Positions 54,919-64,000 of a stretch of DNA of 64,000 nt are shown in pieces (the stretch's first letter is position 1; every line of letters starts with the position of its first letter). The notes under the pieces were generated by a model that saw only the letters and a program-made list of their open reading frames with translations, searched no databases and was not told the origin of the DNA. This DNA is from Octopus sinensis. Taxonomy: Eukaryota. The DNA is taken from NCBI RefSeq assembly GCF_006345805.1, contig NC_043006.1, forward strand, positions 40,114,001 to 40,178,000, written 5' to 3'. The translations under genes and the position numbers were made by a program.

Positions 54919-54990
54919 ACCGCGATAGGTGAACCGCGATAGGTGAACCGCGATAGGTGAACCGCGATATGGCGAGGAATTACGGTATAT
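54919..54990 (+). repeat. 14 bp tandem repeat (AACCGCGATAGGTG)x3+, probable pogo/Tigger MITE end
   Basis: Three exact units, then aaccgcgatatggcgaggaattacggta. Confidence 0.6.
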
Positions 54991-55284
54991 CAGGAGTGGG
55001 TATGGTTTGTGCAGAGCCAATCCTGTTCTCTTGTATTGTTCTGGGGCAACGAGTGCCGAAGTCTCAGTAAGTAGGCTTTAGAAAAGGAGTTGTGAAACCT
55101 TGTGATTTTCCTGGCCATTTTGTTTCACTATGGCTAGGCAGATGAAGACTTATAAGAACCTAGACATGAAAGGGTTACTTTATGCAGGTTTCAAGTGAAT
55201 GATGGACCGTAGAATGATCAAGGTCTCGATGAATCGACAGGTGAGTCGATAAGTGGAAAAGCTTAAAATGTGGTGATAAGCATA

Positions 55285-58200
55285 ATGGTTGTTGTTGTTG
55301 TTGTTATAGCTGTTGTTGTTGTTGTAATAGGAGATAATAATGGCGTTGATAATATTGGTAACAATGAGGAGGAGAATGGTGTTGGCGGTGGTGCTGGTCG
55401 TGATGGTGGTAATGGTGAGGACGATAATGATGGAGGTGGTAGTGATGATGATGAGATGGCGGTGGAGGGTTAAGACGGTGGTGTTGGGGGCGTTCGTTGT
55501 GTGGTTGGTGGTAGCGATTATGAGGATAAAGACGAAGGTAGTGATGATGATGATGAGGAGGATGATGATGGTGATGATGATGATGATGATGATGATGACG
55601 ATGGTGCTGATGATGATAAAGACGAAGATAATGATGATGAAGATGATGATGATAAAGACGAAAATGGTGATGATGATGATGATGATGGTTATGATGATGA
55701 TGATGGTGATAATGATGATGGTTATGATGATGATGATGATGATGATGATGATAATGATGATGGTGATGATGATGATGTTGATGATGATGATGATGATAAA
55801 GACAAAGATAATGATGATGATGAGGATGATGATAAAGACGAAGATGATGATGATGATTGTTATAGCTGTGATGGTGCTGATGACGAAGACGATGATGATG
55901 GTGGATGATGATGATGATGATGATGACAACGGCAACGATGGTGATGATGATAACTAGCATCGTTTGGTAGTGTCGATAATGACGACGACGACGATGACGA
56001 CGATAAGGAGGAAGAGGAGGACGAAGAGAAAGGAGAGGAGAAGGAGGAGGAGGAGGAGGAAGAGAGGAGGCGGAGGCGGAGGCGCAAGAGGAAGTCAGAT
56101 ACAATATCGTGCATATGGTATTTCAGCTGTACTTTTGCTGTCTGAAGCCAAGATTTGAGTTAGCAAAGATGGATTATCAAATGTGTTGTTATTGTTGTTG
56201 ATACCGTTGTTGCTGTTGTTCTTAACCAAGACGACGACGACGACGATGACGGTGGTGGTGGTGGTGGTGGGAGGGTGATAGTGGCGGTGGAAGCGGGGAA
56301 CTCTGTTTGGATATTCAGCAGATTCTCATGCCTTGGGAACATGCAGTGCATACTATATTACGATGTGATTGATTATCATGGACATTAAATAATGGTGGTG
56401 GTGGTGGTGGTGGTGGTGGTGATGGTGGTGGTGGTGGTGGTGATTATGGTGGTGGTGGTGGTGATGGTGGTGATGGTGGTGGTGGTGGTGGTGATGGTGG
56501 TGGTGGTGGTGGGGGGTGGTGGGGGGGGTGGTGGTGGTGGTGGTGGTGGTGGTGGTGGTGGTGGTGGTGGTGGTGGTTGGGGTGTGGTGGTGGTGATGGT
56601 GGTGGGGGTGGGGGTGTGGTGGTGGGTGGGTGTGGGGGGTGGTGGTGGTGGTGATGGTGGTGGTGGTGGTGGTGGTGGTGGGTGATGGTGGTGGTGGTGG
56701 TGGTGGTGGTGGTGGTGATGGGGTGGTGTGGTGGTGATGGTGGTGGTGTGGTGGGGGTGGTGGTGGTGGGTGGTGGTGATGTTGGTGGTGGTGGTGGGGT
56801 GGTGGTGATGGTGGTGGTGGTGTGGTGGTGGTGGTGGGGTGATGGTGGTGTGGGGGTGGTGGTGATGGTGGTGGTGGTGGTGGGGGTGGTGGTGGTGGTG
56901 TGGTGGGGGTGGGGGTGGTGGTGGTGGTGGTGGTGTGGTGGGGGTGGTGAGGTGGTGGTGGTGGTGGGGGTGGTGGTGGTGGGATGGTGGTGGATGGTGG
57001 TGGTGGGTGAGTGATGGTGGTTGTGGTGGTGAGGTGGTGGTGGTGGTGGTGGTGATGGTGGTGGTGTGGTGGATCGGTGGGGGTGGTGGTGGTGTGATGT
57101 GGTGGTTGTGGTGATGGTGGGGGTGGTGGTGGTGGGGATGGTGGTGGTGATGGTGGTGGTGATGGTGGTGGTGGTGGTGATGGTGGTGGGGGTGGTGGGG
57201 GTGGTGGTGGTGGGTGATGGTGGTGGTGGTGGTGGTGGGTGGTGGTGGTGATGGTGGTGGTGGTGGTGGTGTGGTGGTGGTGGTGGTGGTGGTGGTGGTG
57301 GTGATGGTGGTGGTGGTGGTGGGGGTGGTGGTGGTGGTGATGGTGTGGTGGTGGGTGGTGGTGGTGGTGATGGTGGTGGGGTGGGTGGGGGTGGTGGTGG
57401 GGTGATGGGGGTGGGGGTGGTGGTGATGGTGGGTGATGGTGGTGGTGGTGGTGGTGGTGGTGGTGGTGGGTTGGTGGTGATGGTGGTGGGGTGGTGTGGT
57501 GATGGTGGGGGTGGTGGTGGGGGTGGTGGTGGTGGTGATGTGGTGGTGTGGGGGTGGTGGTGATGGTGGTGGTGGTGGGGTGGTGGGGGTGGTGGTGGGT
57601 GGTGGTGGTGGTGGTGGGGATGGTGGTGGTTTGGTGGTGTGATGGTGGTGGTGGTGGTGGGGGTGGGGGGTGGTGATGGTGTGGTGGTGGTGGGGTGGTG
57701 GTGATGGTGGTGGTGGTGGTGGTGGGGGGTGGTGGTGGGGGTGGTGTGGTGGTGGTGGGTGGTGGTGGGATGGTGGTGGTGTGGTGGTGGGTGGTGGTGG
57801 GGGTGGGGGTGGGGGTGGTGGTGTGGGTGGTGTGGTGGTGGTGGTGGTGGTGGTGGTGGGATGGTGGTGGTGGGCTGTGCTGGTGGGTGATGTGGTGATG
57901 GTGTGGTGATTGAGATGGTGGTGGTGTGGAGTGATGATGATGGTGGTGGTGGAGTGATGATGATTGTGGTGGTGGTGTGGTGGAGTTAGTGGATGTGATT
58001 GTAGTGGTTGTAATGATTGTTGTGCAGCTGCTGGTGATGATGACAATGCCGATGATGATGATGATGCTGATAATGGTGCTGGTGGTGAAGACGACGACGA
58101 CGACGACGACGATGATGATGATGATACTGATGATGATGATGATGATGATGATGATGGTGCTGGTGGTGGTGGTGAGGATGATGATGATGATGATGATGAT

Positions 58201-58290
58201 GGTGATGATGAACATGATGATGATGATGATGACAATGACGACGACGACGAACAACGATGAGGACGGTGGTGGTGATGGTGGTGGTGACAG
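55285..58290. repeat. Giant (GAT)n/(GGT)n low-complexity array
   Basis: Directly visible. The ~1.6 kb GGT-rich core at 56392-57990 produces the 600+ aa His/Pro/Thr ORFs. Confidence 0.97.
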
Positions 58291-58364
58291 TGTTGGTGAC
58301 TTTAGTAATAGAACTATAATGGTGGATGTGAAAAAGGTGTGATATATGAGATTTGTAAGACGAC

Positions 58365-58420
<56 letters not shown>

Positions 58421-59107
58421 TTAACGCCTCAAAAAAATTCATCCATAAGGGAATAGAATCATCATCATCATCATCATCATCATCGTCTTCGTCATCAGTA
58501 TCTACACTAAGAGCAGCAACTACAACAATGACAGCAAAAAAATACAGAAGAGAAAAAATAAATAAATAAACATTGAATATTAACAGCAACAAAAAAGTTT
58601 TCTAAAAAAAAAGACAAAATTACTGCTACACCTAGAACAACAATAACAAAAGCAACAATAAAATATGATCAATGGAGAAAAAAAGTAGAAGCTAAATATA
58701 AAGGGTAGAGAAAACAAAAGTAACAACAAAATGTCGAAAATGTAAAAGTGAAAGTAATAGAATGAATGTATTTGTGTGTTCAGTTCATTTCACATGTGCG
58801 TGCGGTGTGTGTGGTGTGTATATATAATGTATATATATATATTATATATATATATATATATACATATATATTATGTATATATAATGTACATATATATATG
58901 TACATATATATGTATATATATATTATGTTTATAGTATATATAATATATATATATATATTATATATATATATATATATATATGGTATATAGATGCATATAT
59001 ATATATGTATATATATGTATATATATCTATATATATATGTATATTTTTATATTATGTATATATATGTTATATACATATATAGATATGTATATATATATAT
59101 GTATATA

Positions 59108-59519
59108 TACTCTTTTACTCTTTACGTGTTTCAGTCATTGATGCGGCCATGCTGGAGCACCGCCTTTATCGAGCAACTCGATCCCGGAACTTATTCTTTT
59201 TTTTTTTGTAAGCCCAGTACTTATTCTATCGGTCTCTTTTGCCGACCGCTAAGTAACGGGGACATAAACACACCAGCATCGGTTGTCAAGCAATGCTAGG
59301 CGAGACAAACACAGACACACAAACAAACACACATGCATATATATATACATATATACGACAGGCTTTTTCAGTTTCTGTCTACCAAAATCCACTCACAAGG
59401 CATTTGGGTCGGCCCGGGGCTATAGCAGAGACACTTGCCCAAGATGCCACGCAGTGGGACTGAACCGGTACCATGTGGTGGTTAGCAGGCTACTTACCAC
59501 ACAGCCACTCCTGCGCCTA
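59108..59519 (-). mobile_element. SINE family A, full length
   Basis: Complete match, located in (TA)n. Confidence 0.9.
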
Positions 59520-59566
59520 TTGTATATATATATGTATATATATGTATATTGTATATATATATATGT

Positions 59567-59605
<39 letters not shown>

Positions 59606-60111
59606 TAGATATATATATTATATATATCTATATATATATATATATATACATGTATATAAATATTTATGTGTGAATATATATAACGTGTCTATGTCTACAC
59701 AAATTTTTAATTTATATGTATATATGAAAGTGCATATAAAATATTCATTTATGCATACATGCGTGCACACAAACACACACACACATACACGTGTATATAT
59801 GTATGTGTATAGAATGTAGTGTTCGTTTGTTTGATAGATTCAGCAAAATAAAGCACTCAACACGTTTGAAAGATATGAATATTTTTTATATATGGTGTCT
59901 TATTTGAGATAAACTATGTAAGTTTCATATCGGGTGAAAAATGTCTGGTTTGGTTTAGGTTAGAGTACTGCTGGGCAATGCTAAGCCAAGTATCTTTATT
60001 CTAACATGAAACGTGAGTAGCTTGTCACAAACATAATACTGTATATTTGGAGAAAGCCTCAAGTTAGATCTGGTCTAGGAGGAACAAAGCCAACTTCATA
60101 AGGCCTAATCT

Positions 60112-60330
60112 GCCCCAATTCAAGCGTAGTCGTGTACGCCTGCGCCTCTGGAGCCGGTGATCCAGGTTCGAATCCCGCTGGAACCGCGAGAAAAAAGAAC
60201 CTTCACACCTGGGTCGTCTGAGTGCTTGCCAGTGTACATACAGCTGGAAATGGGTACTTAGCTTTTCTCAGAGCCGCAGCACACGTCACAGATTTGGTGG
60301 ACCTACTTTGTTGTTCAGTTTAAAACCAAC
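60112..60330 (+). mobile_element. tRNA-Gln(CTG)-like SINE
   Basis: Loop CTCTGGA and GATCCAGGTTCGAATCCCGCTGGAACC resemble the tRNA-Gln 3' half. The downstream cagctggaaatgggtacttagc is a SINE central-domain-like motif. Confidence 0.6.
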
Positions 60331-60503
60331 GTTTTAAACATCCAGGCCAGATCTCTTGGTTGGGCAGGGCTGGATTAACCATTAAGCAAAATTAGTACAT
60401 GTTTAGGGTATCAGGGGAAGAGAAGCACCAGTCAAATGATAAATGGTTTACAGCACAAAAGAAATCACTTTAGACTTGATATTCTTCAGGCTATGTATGC
60501 ATG

Positions 60504-60539
<36 letters not shown>

Positions 60540-60560
60540 TGTATGTATGTATGTATGTTT

Positions 60561-61122
60561 ATGTCAGGTCACTTTCGAGAGCTACTGGTAACATGTAACC
60601 CAGTACAAACCTGTTGCATGGTCGGGTCGTCGGCGACTCCTAAAACGGCACCCCCACCAAGCTTGCTTGGTAAGGAGGGTGTTTATTGAACACCCAGCGG
60701 GGATGAAAAACAAAACCCGTCAAAGGAGGGGAGGAACTCTTAGAGTCAACGGCCAACCAATAATGTCTAGGGCTGTATCATGCGCGGGGACATAGAGATA
60801 ATCGGACTGAATACCCGATCGCGCGGTTAAACCATTGGGAGTGAAGGACTCCTAGCCTTTGTTAGGGCATCCTTCTAGGAGAAGGTAACTCAGGTAACTG
60901 GGATAACTCCGACATAAAACCTGCGACTCAGTGGTTACCGATGATGTGGACTTGTTCTCTTTTTCGGATTATGGCTGCTGTTGCTTAGTGAGTGGGATTG
61001 ACTCAGTGCACAGCCTTTCCTCACTTTAAAAAAAAATCTTCTTGCACAGGCATTGCACGATAGCAACATTGATTAAGCTTCGTGCAATGGCTATACTCGA
61101 TAATGAGGGGGCAGCCACCATG
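60561..61122 (+). mobile_element. RTE-derived non-autonomous retroposon (5' UTR-like) in (TATG)n
   Basis: AGGGCATCCTTCTAGGAGAAGGTAACTC matches the conserved RTE 5' UTR motif GGGCAACCAGTCTAGGAGAAGGAAAACTC. A related 5' end (tgtcaggtcact) lies on the minus strand at ~38880-38932. Confidence 0.6.
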
Positions 61123-61375
61123 TATATAGGCATATATGTTTGAATGTATGTAATGGAAATATAATTTTGAAGTGTTCATGGTGTCACAGTGAGGATCTGG
61201 TCAAAGACTTTACAATTAAAAATATGTAGGGGAAAACTTTTCAAATATAAATAAAGTTGAAGTTTACAAAAAACAAACAGACATTATTTCCTATCGTACT
61301 GCTAGTTTTGTTCATTTTGAAAAAAAAATTATTTAATGGTTTACTATTGCTTATATTTTGAAATACATATATATA

Positions 61376-62040
61376 TAGGGTGCAATGAATAAACTGTTGT
61401 CTAAATTACGCAGAAATGAAAATAACAGACATCTCATTTTAACTTATATTTACCAGAATTAAATTAAAAATATCTTAAAATACTAAAGAGTAAATTTATT
61501 CAATAAAATCCCTATTGGTTTCAACCACGACCTCCAGACGACTTCAGAATCTCCTGAAACTCTTCTGGGCGGTCTTCTTGTTTAGGTTGGTGAATGCTGC
61601 CATAATCCTTGCCTTCAGTTCATCTTTGGTGTTACAAGGAGTTTTGTTGGTCTCTCGCTCAACTGCACCTCCACACATAATAATCAAAAGGATTTCGGTC
61701 TGGGGAGTTAGGTGGCCAGATGTTAGGGGTGATGTGCAGAACTTGTCTGACAGCTACGACTGGGTTCTCCTGCTTGTGTGGCATGGTGCAAAGTCCTATT
61801 GCCAGACATAGAGTCTTCCAGTGATCACCCGCTTGACTCAGAGCAGCACTACCTCCTCCAGGCACTTCATGTAAGCCTCCCTGTTGAGTCTGAAGCCGTG
61901 AGGGAAGATGAAAGGAGGCATAACGTCACTATCGCTAGTGATCACTCCAGACACCATGATGTTGACTGGATGTTTGATTTTTATCGCTCTCGGTACACGT
62001 CCTCAGATTTCACTGTCCTCAGATTGACACCCAAACACTC
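61376..62040 (-). mobile_element. Tc1/mariner transposon 3' part (maT/DD37D-like transposase pseudogene) with TIR
   Basis: KHPVNIMVSGVITS; VWQ*DFAPCHTSRRTQ; WPPNSPDRNPFDYYVW; CNTKDELKARI. TIR at TA near 61376. Truncated by the assembly gap. Confidence 0.9.
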
Positions 62041-62140
62041 NNNNNNNNNNNNNNNNNNNNNNNNNNNNNNNNNNNNNNNNNNNNNNNNNNNNNNNNNNNN
62101 NNNNNNNNNNNNNNNNNNNNNNNNNNNNNNNNNNNNNNNN
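62041..62140. other. Assembly gap (100 N)
   Basis: Run of n. Confidence 1.
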
Positions 62141-62789
62141 CGAATATACATATATATACATACATACGCACATATATATACATACAAACAAAACACATAC
62201 ATATATACACATATACATACACACACACACACACACACATATATTATATATATATATATATACATACATATACATATACATATCCATACATGCACCTACA
62301 TACACGCACACACATGCACATATATATATATACATATATATATTGACCACCAAAAAGCAATTGTCTTCTAATTTACCTAAAACCCCATCCCATATATCTG
62401 ATTCTATTCAATTATTCTATTTATTCATTTATTTTATTTTCTCACTGATTCTTCTCATTTCAAAAAACTCTCTGGCCTTTTGACCACTCCCCTAAGAACA
62501 ATAGCTTGTGCCCTGTTTATCTTCTGAATACCAACTTACTCAAAAAACGTCCCCCACCACCACCCCATTAAATCTGCCTAAATGTATAAATACCAGACCT
62601 TATTTTGACAGCCAGCTTCCTGAAGATTTCATCTGAATGAAACAGTTCTAGTCCTGTAGAAGCTCCTTCTATAAAATAAAAAAAAAAAAATATATATATA
62701 TATATAGGGAGAGAGATAGAGATAAATAGATAGATAGAGAGACAAACAGACACACAGACACACAGATAGACAGACAGATATGTTCTTGT

Positions 62790-63165
62790 ATTCTTTTACT
62801 CGTTTCAGCTATTTGACTACGGTCAAGCTGGAGCACTGTCTTTCGTCGAACAATTCGACCCGAGAACTTATTCTTTGTAAGCTTAGTGCTTATTCTATCA
62901 GTCTCTTTTGCCAAACTGCTAGGTTACAGGGACGTAAACACACCAATATCGGTTGTCAAGCGATGGTGGGGGTACAAACACAAACACACAAATACACATA
63001 CACATATATATACGATGAGCTTCTTTCAGTTTCTGTCCACCAAATCGACTGGTCAGCTTGAGGCTATACTAGAAGACACTTGCCAAAGTTGCCATGTAGG
63101 AAGACTATACCTGGAACTCACATAGTTGGGAAGCAAGCTTCTTACCACCCAACCACTCCTGTGCC
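62790..63165 (-). mobile_element. SINE family A (older copy)
   Basis: Diverged head-to-tail match. Confidence 0.82.
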
Positions 63166-63304
63166 TCTCTCTCTCTAAATGTATATATATAATCTATATA
63201 TATATATATGTATATATAATATATATATATATATAATGTGTGTGTGTATATATATGTATATATATACATATGTGTGTGTATATATATATATGTGTGTGTG
63301 TGTG

Positions 63305-63336
<32 letters not shown>

Positions 63337-63358
63337 GGTATTATATATCATATATGTG

Positions 63359-63413
<55 letters not shown>

Positions 63414-63481
63414 ACACACACACACATATATACATACCACACATATATATATCAATGTATATATTATATATATTTTACATA

Positions 63482-63896
63482 TAGGCGTAGGAGTGGCTGT
63501 GTGGTAAGTAGCTTGGTTATGAACCACATGGTTCTGGGTTCAGTCCGACTGTGTGGCACCTTGGGCAAGTATCTTCTACTATAGCCTCAGGCTGACCAAA
63601 GCCTTGTGAGTGGATTTGATAGACGGGAATGAAAGAAGCCCATTATATATATGTATATATATATATGTGTGTGTGTGTGTGTATGTTTGTGTGTCCATGT
63701 TTGTCCCCGCCAACATCGTTTGACAACCGATGCTGGTGTGGTTACGTCCCTGTAACTTAGTGGTCCGGCAAAAGAGACTGATAGAATAAGTACTAGGCTT
63801 ACAAAGAATAAGTCCTGGGGTCGATTTGCTTGACTAAAGGCAGTGCTCCAGCATGGCCACAGTCAAATGACTGAAACAAGTAAAAGAGTAAAAGAG
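63482..63896 (+). mobile_element. SINE family A, full length
   Basis: Complete head-to-tail match. Confidence 0.92.
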
Positions 63897-63907
63897 TGTA
63901 TATATTT

Positions 63908-63945
<38 letters not shown>

Positions 63946-64000
63946 TTACATATATATATACATATATATACATACACACACATATACATAAAGAAGTAGA

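Noticed and set aside
56353-58254. 633 aa and 616 aa His/Pro/Thr-rich ORFs
   Set aside because: Translations of (CAC/CAT)n microsatellite that are open in several frames; no coding signal.
60112-60187. Functional tRNA-Gln gene
   Set aside because: Acceptor and anticodon stems are poorly paired and the sequence continues into a SINE-like body.
60625-60690. Twister ribozyme
   Set aside because: Lacks the conserved GUCCCAAGC-type loop and pseudoknot partners.

Overview
AT-rich, microsatellite-saturated eukaryotic DNA. The SINE families and microsatellite load strongly suggest an octopus (cephalopod) genome; this is inferred from memory, not searched. I found no intact host gene or convincing exon, and almost all long ORFs in the track are microsatellite translations. 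The window is a transposon graveyard with dozens of tRNA-derived SINEs of at least four families and decayed LINEs (CR1/L2-like, Tx1/L1-like, R4/Dong-like, possible NeSL/Utopia-like, RTE-derived). It also holds DNA transposon relics (Tc1/mariner including a maT-like copy, pogo/Tigger), Helitron ends and a Penelope-like GIY-YIG fragment. The most interesting signal is a set of at least four unrelated non-coding elements built as inverted repeats, each carrying a minimal type I hammerhead-ribozyme motif of the Penelope pLTR type. The best is a near-perfect, spacerless ~760 bp palindrome at 50.08-50.84 kb with an intact hammerhead on each strand. Other highlights are a Helitron that appears to have captured its own flanking DNA, a SINE sharing its 3' tail with a Tx1-like LINE, and a dispersed minisatellite made of STAT/kappaB-like motifs. 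Coordinates of decayed elements are approximate.
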